Virus record (IMG/VR): IMGVR_UViG_3300033405_000012
Span: 14,142-78,141 of that record
Strand: one strand, 5' to 3'
Source: a virus
Taxonomy: Duplodnaviria; Heunggongvirae; Uroviricota; Caudoviricetes
Length of the DNA stretch: 64,000 nt
Below, in pieces: positions 36,501 to 45,025 of this stretch. The position numbers and the translations under genes are program-made. A model generated the notes under the pieces. That model did no database searches. It had not been told where the DNA came from and was given only the letters and a program-made list of their open reading frames with translations. Numbering within the stretch: the stretch's first letter is position 1; each line of letters opens with the position of its first letter.

Positions 36501-36615
36501 CGGCGTACAGCATGGGCGTCGCGCCGGCGTACCACTCGATCTCGACAATGTTGATCGGCTCGGTGCCGGTCTGCTGGGCCAGCTTTGCCAGGGCGTCGGC
36601 GGAAATGCTACGCAT
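33547..36615 (-). CDS. large tail protein (gpJ / baseplate-hub-like), C-terminal Gly/Ser linker plus small domain
   Basis: ~1020 aa, beta-rich. Lies downstream of TMP and the fibre genes in the tail operon. Start set at MRSISADALAKL (ORF-track N-extension is Arg-rich). Confidence 0.65.
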   Translation of the reverse strand: MRSISADALAKLAQQTGTEPINIVEIEWYAGATPMLYADRDIPIPGGGVIRGAIVELGDLDDAIDVTMQNSPSQQISLTLDDTDGAIKAIFDKYDLHKQPVRLYQWFNGLDLDDKFLVFAGLINTPVSWNERDRTVKVTVLSHIEDKEFGFSAEEGNFPYIPSDMVGKAWPAIFGLVYDYPALKINMAVEGTTLTGCGILAGQEEYLGSPLYENGTNVDRKKLRTIARESRHANFLLVVSECWSLVDAVKSKQYLDQANAIYDKIGAELARMQAQEECALARRQEQITLANLLGEGPNPIQILGGEDFPQNKTVTIQIKDGLFTGYFKGEEFYCTSRENPYLQALVNAQVENEVLAAQEQAGYGPYPYATPRVCLPPPMPPEPFYYHAPVPCGSGCGDFNDPCNMTWQGWDIYTYPEAPAWVDTRPIVKQFWADAGSKVRLYTDPSVTYIASITPGTVLAVKAYQMIDGVRRLTVVPNNYYTIETQNYGSITAVQIKLAQPLSTIWYTDGNGMQIQGWSDELYVTFQSSVGPNVVDILTYIIDNYTELTWDPTSFNYVKTKMAPFPANFPLLSRKNVLQLLKEICFQSRCALWVEDNVLYLKYLPEQPTPVDAITVSDIDAEHGMEIEYTRTEDIVTKMNVRWNLGYVPGGQFAGTQADSTQYMILRHNVAKYGLYEKDYDWYIFNQPDVVLKMATFWLIRFSNPWKRVKFRSYLTKLNLEAFDCVTFNAPGYIASGPVPVVIERAAYNSAENCIEFECATPIRAGAMAQDPFYWPAALPVTTTWPPQTDIDSNNAGGGGIGIGVGGNLPVGDTSGITSTSTVFVGGPNVVFRGRSDWGDRTPTDLEFQFQQLATAEQFQAVWAVLRPIANLQAYRLPESDPMTVTPDPTELVIDLAKTKFTDSSSPNQQPPQFGYLRSMLALGNNQDVQIDISRCKVQDSTQGGSSGGSSGSGSGSGSGGSTGSGPGMLSDLMKVVSGTLMVDGTKAKVVTADKTDGAVFDFKYDTNGQKVGAGTAFLQSP

Positions 36616-37009
36616 AGGAGATCCCCTCGAATTCCAGGTCGATGGCCTGCAACGCGCCGCGGGGCATCGGAGCGATCGGCGGCCCCGCGCAGTCCGTCGT
36701 GTCAAACTCGAACGGGTTGCTGGTGAAGTTCCCCATCCACACCCGCCCGCGGTGGTCCGTCACCACGATGCGGGACGCGAAGTAGGACTGGATGAAGGCT
36801 CGAAGCTCCAGTGCCTTGTTGCGGCTCAACAGGAACGCCCACTTGAACTTCCGCCGGCCTCCCTTGGTCTTGACGTAGGTGTAGCGCGTGCCGTCCATCG
36901 CCCGCTTCACCACCACCGTGTCCGTGACGTTCATGGAATCCCCGAACTGTGGACTCGGCAGGATGGTTGTGGTCTGCAACGTCGGATACGGGGCCTGCAA
37001 CTGGAACAT
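36608..37009 (-). CDS. tail-associated hypothetical protein
   Basis: 133 aa. 8-nt overlap with the downstream tail gene. Confidence 0.5.
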   Translation of the reverse strand: MFQLQAPYPTLQTTTILPSPQFGDSMNVTDTVVVKRAMDGTRYTYVKTKGGRRKFKWAFLLSRNKALELRAFIQSYFASRIVVTDHRGRVWMGNFTSNPFEFDTTDCAGPPIAPMPRGALQAIDLEFEGISYA

Positions 37010-37020
37010 GACGCCGCTCC

Positions 37021-40000
37021 TTACGCCGAGACCAACTCACCCTCGAACTCGAAACTGCCGGTGAACTGGTTGCGGTCGTCTTCGACCACCGGCTCGTTCG
37101 GCTGGGTGATGATGCCCGTCCAGCGCCGCCGTTCCCAGTCCCAAATGCCGATCTCCTGCCCGATGTGGTTCCTGATGAAATCCAGCAGGGCTTCCGCCTG
37201 CATGGGAGACAGGCCGGAGAACGTCAGCGCCAGGGTCTCGATCTTCGGCCACATCGGGTCTGCGTAGACGATCAACGTGCCGCCCCGCGTCTCACGGCTG
37301 ATGCGGTTGAATTGCAGCCGGTTCTTGTCGCCGAACTCCGGGTTCCGCAGCGTTACGTAATCCTGGACCGGACCCGCGGCCGGGTAGACGAGCGTGAAGT
37401 CGCCCGGGGCCGAGGGACTGGGCAAGCTGGCACCGCTCAGGGTCCGCGGCGGCGGTGCCGGATTGCCGGTGGCCCCTGCGCCCACAAACGGCGTGTAGTT
37501 CGCCTGCATCTGGTCCGCCGTCTTCAACGGCAGGATGTAGACGAACGCCTGATCCACCTGGACGGCATCCGTGGCACCCAAGAGGCGCACCACAGCCACG
37601 ACCGCCTGGTCGCCCACCGTCAACGGGTCCGTCGTCGGCTGGTTGGCGTGCGTTACCGCGATCAACTCGCCGAGTGGAATCGCGTCGGTCTGCGAGCCGA
37701 CCTTGTTCTCGATCGCCTCGTCCCCCAGGGACAAGGCATCCGTGGCCCCGGCCGCTTTCGCCGTCGCCCGCAAGATGGCGACCTGCGCCAACTCGCCGAA
37801 GGACAAGCGGTTCCCGGCCCCCGAGGTGCCATGCTGGATGACGGCGCTCGCCGAGTCTTGCAACCCGGTGAAAACTAGCTCGAAATCGCCGGTCCATCCG
37901 CCGGCACCCAGGCCGGCATACGGATTGTACTGCTGCTGAGAGGACTGAACCGGATCAATCGCCGACACGTAGATCGGCTGGATGACGATGTTCCAATCGG
38001 CCAGCGCCAGGGCATCCACGCTGCCGACTTGCCAATGCTTCGTCTGCTCGACCGCGTTCGTATCGTTCGGCCAGATGTGGTCCATCCCCAGCAAACGTGC
38101 CGGCGACTGATGCAGACCAACTTCATCGGCAAAACCGACTTGTTCCGTGGCGTCCGCGCGGAAAGTCGCATCGCGTCCGGTGCCCCCGTCCGAGAGACTG
38201 AGCGTGTCCCACGCCAAAAGATGGAACGTGCTATCGCGCGCGGCCGGCGTATCGGCCACCGGAATCGCATCGACAACCGGTAGGTGGAACGTCGCGTTGC
38301 GGCCGTTGGCCACGTCCGCCACGGGCACCTCATCGGTCGCCTGCGGCCGGGTGAGCTTATGCACCAGGGCCGCTTGCGTGAACGACAGGGGTTGGACAAC
38401 GTACTTGCAACGGGTCAGAATGCTGTTCTGACTGAGCGCCAACGCGCTCGTCGCCGCTGCCGAGCGGACGTGCCGGGCATGGGCCGTATCCCCAAGCTCA
38501 AGGCCGTCCTGGGCCGCCACGGGATACGCCGCCATCCAGTGCGTCTGGTCGTTGACCGCGAGGTAAGTTGTCGTTGCCGATGTAAAGGGCCGCCCGTAAT
38601 ACGGCAGATCGGTCAAGACCACCGTGTCCAGCGCACTGGGGCAATGGGACACCTGCGCGCTGGCCTGATGGTCCAGCGCCAAGGCATCGAGCCCATCCGC
38701 CAGCACGGCGGGAACGCGCACCGGCATCAGCGCCAACTCGCCGAAGGCACAAGCCGTCGCGCTACCGTTGTTCGCCGTGACCAGCAGCCGATAGTAGGTG
38801 TACGAGCCGGTCGTCGCCAGTGGATAGTGCCGGTATTCGCCGGCCGCCCACCCGGTTTCCGAGGGAATGGCGCTGGACAAGGTAGTCCAGGTCGCACCGT
38901 CCGCCGAACCTTGCAGCGCGAACGCCTTCGGCATCTGGCCGTCCGGGTCGCCGGCAAAAGGAGCCCACAGGGCGAAGGAATCCACCTCGGTGGGTGCGGC
39001 GAACTGGTACTGCCACCAGCACGGGAAGCTCGCGGCCTGGGATGCGATACCCGTCTTGTAGTCGTTGTCGAACGCCTGATACGCGGTCGCCGACGAATCC
39101 GACGAGCTTGCCACGCCGCTCGGCGTCGTGTTGCTCGTCATGGTCGGGACCAGCGTGGCCGGTCCGTACAGGAACAATTCGCCCAGCGACACAGCATCCG
39201 GGCTGCCGTTGTTGGCCGTCACCCGCAGGCGGTAGTAGGTATACCAACCGGGGGTGCCCACCTCGAAGATGCGCTTCTGCCCGACCTGCCAGTTGATCTC
39301 GCCGGTGACAGTCGCCAGGACGGTCCAATTCGTGCCGTCCGCCGAGCCTTCCAGCCAGAAGTCGCACGGCATTTCCGAGGAGTAGCCGTCCGCGCGGCCC
39401 CACAGCGCGAAGGCCGTGACCATCTGCTGTTCCGGGAACTGGTACTGCCACCAACACGGAAACTGCGCCGCCAGCACGCTCATGTGGTCGGCGTCGTTGC
39501 CGCCGTCGAACACGCGGTAGGCCGGGAAGCTCCCCGCACCGAACAGGGCCGAAGAACTCACCGCACCCAGGGGCGTGGTGGCATCGGACATGATCGGCGT
39601 CAACGGAAGCCGGATGCGATTGATCGCCAGGCTGTTGGTGTCCGACACTGCCAGCGGGTCGAGCGCAGGGCGCAGGGCGCTGGCGACCCAACCCACGGCG
39701 CTGTCGCCCAGCGTCAAAGCGCTGGTGGCGGGGTGGGCGAAGCCGTACTCCGTCGTCGCCAACTCGATGCACGCCATGCAGGCATCAGCCGTGCCAAGGC
39801 GCGCAGTGAAGGCAGCCGCACTCGAAGTGCTGGGAATTACGTGTTGTGTGCCGGCCGTATCGCCAAGCGAAAGGGTGTCCGTAGCCGCAGCACTGGCGGA
39901 AACAACCGGTGTCGGCGCGCCGACCGTCACCAGAGCGCTGCTCGCCTGCATGGCGTAGTCCGTGGCGACATAATTCGCCGAACGTGCCACGGTGGCAACA

Positions 40001-41070
40001 CGCGCCTCGTCCAACGATCCACTGAACGCATCGCCGGTCGGATTGGCCTCTTCGCGGGTGCCGATGGTCAAGCGCGCGGAATTCGCAAGACTGCCCAGCC
40101 CCCCGGCCTGGGCCGGGCTGCCGGCGTCGTTCACGCCGTCAACGTAAATCTTCAAGCCCGCGAGGGTGTTGGACCCGTCGTAGGTGAACGTGACCAGGTG
40201 CCACGCATTGTCGCCGACGTTGATCGTCCCGTACTGGTACTTGTAGGTCGAGTCGGACGACTGAAGCTGGCCGTAGACGAAGGCGTGCCCGGCACCGTCG
40301 CCGTGCGACGAGAGGAAGTAGCCGTTGACCCCTTGCGCGTACTTCCCGAGGATGCCGCCCACCGCATTGAAGGTGGCATTCGTCTTGATCCAGGCTTGCA
40401 GCGTGAAGGGCGTGCTGGTGGTGAAGGCGAAATCGGTATTCGCCCCAAGGGCAATGTAATTGTTCGCAAAACTCTGCCCCTCGCCAATCCGCCCCGTCGC
40501 TTGCGTCGGATACGTGCCAGCCGTGCTGTTCTTGGCATTGACGGTGGCGTCCGCATACGGAGCACCGAACTCTTCCAGGTGCCACACCCCGGCGAGGTTC
40601 TGCGTCCCGTTTTCCTGCCACGCGGCCTGGCTGCCGGAACTGCCGCTGGCAGCCGGTTGCGCCAGAACGCCGGCCTTGGACTGATACCAGACGTAGATCG
40701 TGGCCGCCGTGCTCGCCGTCAGCGGGACGGCCACCCAGATTTCCGCCGTCTTCGCGCTGGGATTGATGCTGACAAGCTGGCAGGGAAGCTGCACGGTGCC
40801 GTTGGCGTCCGACGTGAAACACACGTCGCCGCCATCGGCCTGGCACAGGGAAAACAATTCGTCCGGCAGGCGCGTCCCGAGCCACGCATTGTCGCCCGAA
40901 CCGCTCAGGAGGACCGCATACGTGCCGCTTTCCTTGACCAACGTGCCGCTGAGAGTCAGTGCGCAACGGCGTGCGCAGAGGCCGGGCGCAACCACCATCC
41001 GCCAGCCAAGGCCGCCAGGGGCGGTCGGCGCGGTGAGCGGCAGTGCGGAGATAGGCGAGCGCCCGAGCAT
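37021..41070 (-). CDS. giant tail fibre/adhesin with LamG-like jelly-roll and two discoidin (F5/8 type C)-like domains
   Basis: LamG-like TLQAWIK...WHLVTFTYDG...LKIYVDG. Two paralogous modules FPCWWQYQF...GSADG(T/A)(N/T)W...YYRL(R/L)VTANNGS. 1349 aa. Confidence 0.75.
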   Translation of the reverse strand: MLGRSPISALPLTAPTAPGGLGWRMVVAPGLCARRCALTLSGTLVKESGTYAVLLSGSGDNAWLGTRLPDELFSLCQADGGDVCFTSDANGTVQLPCQLVSINPSAKTAEIWVAVPLTASTAATIYVWYQSKAGVLAQPAASGSSGSQAAWQENGTQNLAGVWHLEEFGAPYADATVNAKNSTAGTYPTQATGRIGEGQSFANNYIALGANTDFAFTTSTPFTLQAWIKTNATFNAVGGILGKYAQGVNGYFLSSHGDGAGHAFVYGQLQSSDSTYKYQYGTINVGDNAWHLVTFTYDGSNTLAGLKIYVDGVNDAGSPAQAGGLGSLANSARLTIGTREEANPTGDAFSGSLDEARVATVARSANYVATDYAMQASSALVTVGAPTPVVSASAAATDTLSLGDTAGTQHVIPSTSSAAAFTARLGTADACMACIELATTEYGFAHPATSALTLGDSAVGWVASALRPALDPLAVSDTNSLAINRIRLPLTPIMSDATTPLGAVSSSALFGAGSFPAYRVFDGGNDADHMSVLAAQFPCWWQYQFPEQQMVTAFALWGRADGYSSEMPCDFWLEGSADGTNWTVLATVTGEINWQVGQKRIFEVGTPGWYTYYRLRVTANNGSPDAVSLGELFLYGPATLVPTMTSNTTPSGVASSSDSSATAYQAFDNDYKTGIASQAASFPCWWQYQFAAPTEVDSFALWAPFAGDPDGQMPKAFALQGSADGATWTTLSSAIPSETGWAAGEYRHYPLATTGSYTYYRLLVTANNGSATACAFGELALMPVRVPAVLADGLDALALDHQASAQVSHCPSALDTVVLTDLPYYGRPFTSATTTYLAVNDQTHWMAAYPVAAQDGLELGDTAHARHVRSAAATSALALSQNSILTRCKYVVQPLSFTQAALVHKLTRPQATDEVPVADVANGRNATFHLPVVDAIPVADTPAARDSTFHLLAWDTLSLSDGGTGRDATFRADATEQVGFADEVGLHQSPARLLGMDHIWPNDTNAVEQTKHWQVGSVDALALADWNIVIQPIYVSAIDPVQSSQQQYNPYAGLGAGGWTGDFELVFTGLQDSASAVIQHGTSGAGNRLSFGELAQVAILRATAKAAGATDALSLGDEAIENKVGSQTDAIPLGELIAVTHANQPTTDPLTVGDQAVVAVVRLLGATDAVQVDQAFVYILPLKTADQMQANYTPFVGAGATGNPAPPPRTLSGASLPSPSAPGDFTLVYPAAGPVQDYVTLRNPEFGDKNRLQFNRISRETRGGTLIVYADPMWPKIETLALTFSGLSPMQAEALLDFIRNHIGQEIGIWDWERRRWTGIITQPNEPVVEDDRNQFTGSFEFEGELVSA

Positions 41071-41072
41071 GG

Positions 41073-42332
41073 TTAGTACGACTGGTTAAACTGCTGAATC
41101 GTTCCGGTGCCGCTGTCGGAGACAGTCTGGCTCCCCAAGTCGCAAAAGCCCACGGTGCAGTTGTTGCAACCGCTGTCGATCTGGACCGAGTGCGTGTTGT
41201 TCGTCTGGAAGCGGCAGCCCATGATCGTGACGGCCGAGGCCGTCTTGCCGCCGTTGTTGGAAATCCAAATGCCGACCCCGCCATTGGCGACCAGGGTGCA
41301 ACCGGCGATATTCACACCCGACATAGAGCCGAGATTGTTCTGGAACTTGATGCCGGGCAAACTGCTGCCGGTCGCCTGGATGATGCAATTGACGATCCGC
41401 GCCAGGTCGCCTTGGTCGATGCCAATGCCGCCCACGCCGCCCGTCTGGCAATTCGCATTCAGGTTGCAGTTGGAAATCAGGCAGCGGTACGATTGGTTGT
41501 CAATCGTGATGCCTTCCAGGCCGTTGGAGTCCGAATGGCAGTCCGAGATAATCGAATCGTAGACCCGGTTCTGCGAAATCCCAATCGAGCTATTGTTGTG
41601 CGAATAGCAGGCGTGAATCTGGTTGAACTGGCAGGTCGAACTCTGGCCGTCGAGGCAGATGCCGTGCCCGGCGTTACCGTAGGCTTCCACGCCGTCGATG
41701 TAATTGCACGCACCGTGAATGACCAGACCGCTGCCGCCGCTTTGACTGTTGCCATTGACAGCGAGACCGAGAATCTGATTGTTGTTGCCCGTGACCGTGA
41801 GGCCGTCCACGCCGGCTATCTTCTTGAGAATGGCTCCCTTGGGACCGGTCAGCGATTGCCCGCTGTTGGCCAGCGTCAGGCCGCTGCCCACCGCATAGGA
41901 CCCGGCCGGGAAGTACACCGGCAGACCGGTATTGATCGCGGCCTGGATCGCCGCGGAATCGTCCGTCGCGCCGTCCGCCACCGCGCCGTACAGCATGACG
42001 TTGGCGACCGCACGGACCGCTTGCATCAGCAGGATGGCCGGGGCGTCCACCCAGACGTTCTTCGTGCCCGCGGCGAAGTTCACCAGGCCGCCGCTGTTGC
42101 TGCTGGCGAAGACCTTATCGCGGCTGAGCGTCGTGCCCGACAGCGTGTAGGTGCCTTGACCAACTTCCCAATGCCCCGCGCCGTCGTCGATGGCGTAGAA
42201 GCAGGAGTTCGCGTCGCCGATGACCGAAAAGGCCCGGTAGCCGGACACCGCGCCCGCAAGCGTCAAGGTGCCGGTGCCGGTCGTGGTCGTGGTTTCCTGG
42301 ATGCGGTCCGCGAGTAACAGCGTCATGGTCAA
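41073..42332 (-). CDS. tailspike with right-handed beta-helix (pectate-lyase/GH28-like depolymerase fold)
   Basis: YGAVADGATDDSAAIQAAI plus many G/N/S-rich parallel beta-helix rungs. 419 aa. Confidence 0.7.
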   Translation of the reverse strand: MTMTLLLADRIQETTTTTGTGTLTLAGAVSGYRAFSVIGDANSCFYAIDDGAGHWEVGQGTYTLSGTTLSRDKVFASSNSGGLVNFAAGTKNVWVDAPAILLMQAVRAVANVMLYGAVADGATDDSAAIQAAINTGLPVYFPAGSYAVGSGLTLANSGQSLTGPKGAILKKIAGVDGLTVTGNNNQILGLAVNGNSQSGGSGLVIHGACNYIDGVEAYGNAGHGICLDGQSSTCQFNQIHACYSHNNSSIGISQNRVYDSIISDCHSDSNGLEGITIDNQSYRCLISNCNLNANCQTGGVGGIGIDQGDLARIVNCIIQATGSSLPGIKFQNNLGSMSGVNIAGCTLVANGGVGIWISNNGGKTASAVTIMGCRFQTNNTHSVQIDSGCNNCTVGFCDLGSQTVSDSGTGTIQQFNQSY

Positions 42333-42338
42333 TCTCCC

Positions 42339-43250
42339 CTAGCCCAGGATGCCCGCCCCGTCGTCCCACGCCGCAAGGGTCGCCCAGCCGGCCGCAGCCG
42401 GATTGATCGACCCGAAGAAGAAGCGGTTGTAGGGGCCCATCGTAAAGCCGCCCGGCTGCCACCCGTAGCCCCACTCGCCAAGCTCCAGCCAGTTGTGCCC
42501 GTTGTCGGAAACGCAAAAGTGGACGTTGCCGCTGCCCGAGTACCAGATTCGCAGCCACATCCAATCGAGCCAGGGCACGTCGCAAGGCGAAAGCGTGTCG
42601 TTGGGGTGGTAGTTCGCGCCCCCGTCCCACCAGTTGATATGGCAGGAGTGCTCGAACTGGCGGTAATTGAAGGCCCATGCCTGGTTGTTGGCGTCCATCA
42701 GGCCAATCGAGGCCCCGGCCCACACCAAGGCGTTCTGCGTCGTCACGCCGCGAACCGCCGTCGTCAAGGTCCAGGACGAGGTGGTGATCGGCCGGGTCAG
42801 GAGCGAATTGACGAGCCCGGTCTGTTGCAGCAGGATGGAACCGCCGTCGTCCATCGCTATCGCGTTGTTGCTGCCGAAGGTGAAGAGCGTGAAATCGGCG
42901 GCGTGCAAAAGGTTCTGGTTCGCGTCGATGATGCGGAACGGCGGCCGGAGGCTGTCGAACAAGGGGTCGTTGTCCCGCATGTACTGCTGGAAACCGCCCT
43001 CCGTCAACACTTGCGTCACGGTGGCACCGCCGGCATGGTAAGCCGCCGTCGTGCCCTCTTGTCCGCGCACCACGGTCAAGGTGTTCGCCGTGCGCGCGGT
43101 GCAGAGCATGATCTCGTCGTCAACCCGCACGCGGAAGTTCCCCGAGGCCGCGAAGACCGTCCCGGCCACGACCGCCAGCGTCGTGGCGGCCGTCGCCGCC
43201 GACGTGGCGAGCGTGGTCTGGGCCGTGTTACTGAACAATTCGCGGTTCAT
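42339..43250 (-). CDS. tail fibre protein, paralog A
   Basis: 303 aa. Shares N-terminal (AQTTL...LCT...LTV.R.QEGTTAA) and C-terminal (WMWLRI...TLAAWDDGAGILG) blocks with 43262..44152. Confidence 0.6.
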   Translation of the reverse strand: MNRELFSNTAQTTLATSAATAATTLAVVAGTVFAASGNFRVRVDDEIMLCTARTANTLTVVRGQEGTTAAYHAGGATVTQVLTEGGFQQYMRDNDPLFDSLRPPFRIIDANQNLLHAADFTLFTFGSNNAIAMDDGGSILLQQTGLVNSLLTRPITTSSWTLTTAVRGVTTQNALVWAGASIGLMDANNQAWAFNYRQFEHSCHINWWDGGANYHPNDTLSPCDVPWLDWMWLRIWYSGSGNVHFCVSDNGHNWLELGEWGYGWQPGGFTMGPYNRFFFGSINPAAAGWATLAAWDDGAGILG

Positions 43251-43261
43251 AGTCGGCTCCG

Positions 43262-44152
43262 CTAACTGCCCAAGAGGCCCGCGCCGTCATCCCACGCCGC
43301 CAACGTCACCCAGCCGCCGCTGGCCGGATTCATGGTGCCCCAGAAAAGGCGGTTCGGCGTACCCAGATAGGCACCCTTGCCAAAGCTGCCGACTTCCAGG
43401 AAGTTCCGGCCGTTGTCCGAAATCTGGAAATGCCAGTTGCCGTCGTTCGGATCGGTGATCCGCAGCCACATCCAGTCCCCGCAGCAGGCGTCGAAGGGCG
43501 AGACAATATCCGGCGCGACGTAGGCCCCGTTGTTCCACTTGTTGCAGTGGATCGACTTTTCGTGGGCTCGGTAATTGATCGCGCAGTAGCAGTTGTTGGT
43601 GTCCGCCACGCCGACAGAGAACGTGGACCACAGCCCGGCGTTGTTGGTAGAGACGCTGCGACCCGCGGCCGTCAGGGTCCAGGGTGAGGAACTTGGAATC
43701 GGCCGGGTCAAGTTGGCCCCCACCGGCGAGGCCATGACGATGCTGCCGCCGCAATCCACCACCGACGTGCCGGTCCCAAAATCCCACAGCGTAAAGTCCG
43801 CAGCGTGCAGGAAATTGCCGCTGGCATTGACAATCCGGTAGGGGGCTCGCAGGCTGTCGAACAACGGATCGTTGTCGCGGAGGTAGCGCTGCAAACCGCC
43901 CTGGGTGACAACCTGAGAGACATTCGTGCCGGTGCTATGGGTCGCCGCCGTCGTGCCCTCCTGGGCCCGCTGCACTGTCAAGGTGTTGCTGGAATTGAGC
44001 GTGCAAAGCACAAGCTCATGGTCGATCAGCAGCCGGAAATCACCCCCACTCGGAAACACGGAACCATCCGTGACCGTCAACGACGTGTCGCTGACTCCGG
44101 CGTCGGCGCTAAGCGTCGTCTGCGCGTCGTTCTGGAAGCACTCGCGGCGCAT
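43262..44152 (-). CDS. tail fibre protein, paralog B
   Basis: 296 aa. Collinear with paralog A, ~45% identity. Confidence 0.6.
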   Translation of the reverse strand: MRRECFQNDAQTTLSADAGVSDTSLTVTDGSVFPSGGDFRLLIDHELVLCTLNSSNTLTVQRAQEGTTAATHSTGTNVSQVVTQGGLQRYLRDNDPLFDSLRAPYRIVNASGNFLHAADFTLWDFGTGTSVVDCGGSIVMASPVGANLTRPIPSSSPWTLTAAGRSVSTNNAGLWSTFSVGVADTNNCYCAINYRAHEKSIHCNKWNNGAYVAPDIVSPFDACCGDWMWLRITDPNDGNWHFQISDNGRNFLEVGSFGKGAYLGTPNRLFWGTMNPASGGWVTLAAWDDGAGLLGS

Positions 44153-44188
44153 CGGTCGTCTCCGATCCCAAGGTCAACGAAGGAAGAT

Positions 44189-44222
44189 CGGGTTGGACCG
44201 GGCGGCGAACCACCCGGTCCAA
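44189..44222 (-). terminator. stem-loop (possible attenuator/terminator) between tail genes
   Basis: GTTGGACCGGG-N10-CCCGGTCCAAC, followed on the minus strand by CCGAUCUUCCUUCGUU. Confidence 0.35.
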
Positions 44223-44242
44223 CCCACGCGAGGGAGAATCCG

Positions 44243-44860
44243 TTAGGCCGTGACGGTGTACGTGACCTTCAACTGGTCGCCGTTCTGGACGGTCACGTTG
44301 CCGGCCGTGAAGGCAGCCGCCGACCACAGGACGCCGCCCGAGGCCACATGGTCGCCCTTCGTCTGGCAGCCCGTGGCCCCGCCCACGATGAACAGGCCGG
44401 CGATAGTGCCGCTGTTGGTGATGTCGAACACGGCCGTGGTGGCATTCGTGACCTGGGCCACGTTCGTGTTGACCGTGGGGGCACCCGCGCCCCAGACCGG
44501 CCGCGTGGTAGAACTGCCGCTGTTCAGGTCGTCGGTGTAGGCGGTGTTCTCCTTCCAGCCGTTGGTGCCGCCGATCTGGGCGTAGCAGTCGGTCTGGTTG
44601 TAGGCCGAGAAGTTGGCGTTGTCCACCAGGCCCATCCACCAGGCGGTGATCGGCGTGGCGGAATTGAACATCACCCCCAGGAGCCGCGACCGGCCTTCGT
44701 TGGTGATGAAGTTCGGCACCTGGTACTCGGCGATCTTCCTGCCGCCGCGCCAGTGCTCGACCACGAACCGGCCGCGGGGAGCGATGTTGTCGGCACCGGG
44801 CCGCGGGGCCCGGCACACCTGGACGCTCGCCGCCTGGCCTACGTGCAACTTGCTAATCAT
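44243..44860 (-). CDS. tail-region hypothetical protein
   Basis: Start set at MISKLHVG. The ORF-track N-extension lies inside the tandem duplication at 44888-45025. Contains GRFVVEHWRGGRK. Confidence 0.5.
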   Translation of the reverse strand: MISKLHVGQAASVQVCRAPRPGADNIAPRGRFVVEHWRGGRKIAEYQVPNFITNEGRSRLLGVMFNSATPITAWWMGLVDNANFSAYNQTDCYAQIGGTNGWKENTAYTDDLNSGSSTTRPVWGAGAPTVNTNVAQVTNATTAVFDITNSGTIAGLFIVGGATGCQTKGDHVASGGVLWSAAAFTAGNVTVQNGDQLKVTYTVTA

Positions 44861-44887
44861 TGGGTCAACCCTTTCACGAGTTAAAGG

Positions 44888-45025
44888 AGAGGTGCCACGC
44901 CGCAACTCACGTCGCAGTTCCGTGGCAATGGACCCGGCCGTCTGGCAACGGGTTAGAGAACCGAGGTGCCACGCCGCAACTCACGTCGCAGTTCCGTGGC
45001 GATGGACCTGGCCGTCTGGCGGCCG
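44888..45025. repeat. tandem duplication (~75-bp period, two copies) at the tape-measure gene 3' end
   Basis: GAGGTGCCACGCCGCAACTCACGTCGCAGTTCCGTGGC[A/G]ATGGACC[C/T]GGCCGTCTGGC occurs twice. Confidence 0.6.

Noticed and set aside
34612-36726. 704-aa plus-strand ORF
   Set aside because: Antisense to the large tail protein. Arg/Leu/Val/Asp/His-rich shadow frame.
38284-41076. 930-aa plus-strand ORF
   Set aside because: Antisense to the LamG/discoidin tail fibre. Extremely Arg/Gly-rich.
42339-44152. Diversity-generating retroelement targeting the duplicated fibre genes
   Set aside because: No reverse transcriptase and no near-identical adenine-variable template/variable repeat pair could be identified in the window.
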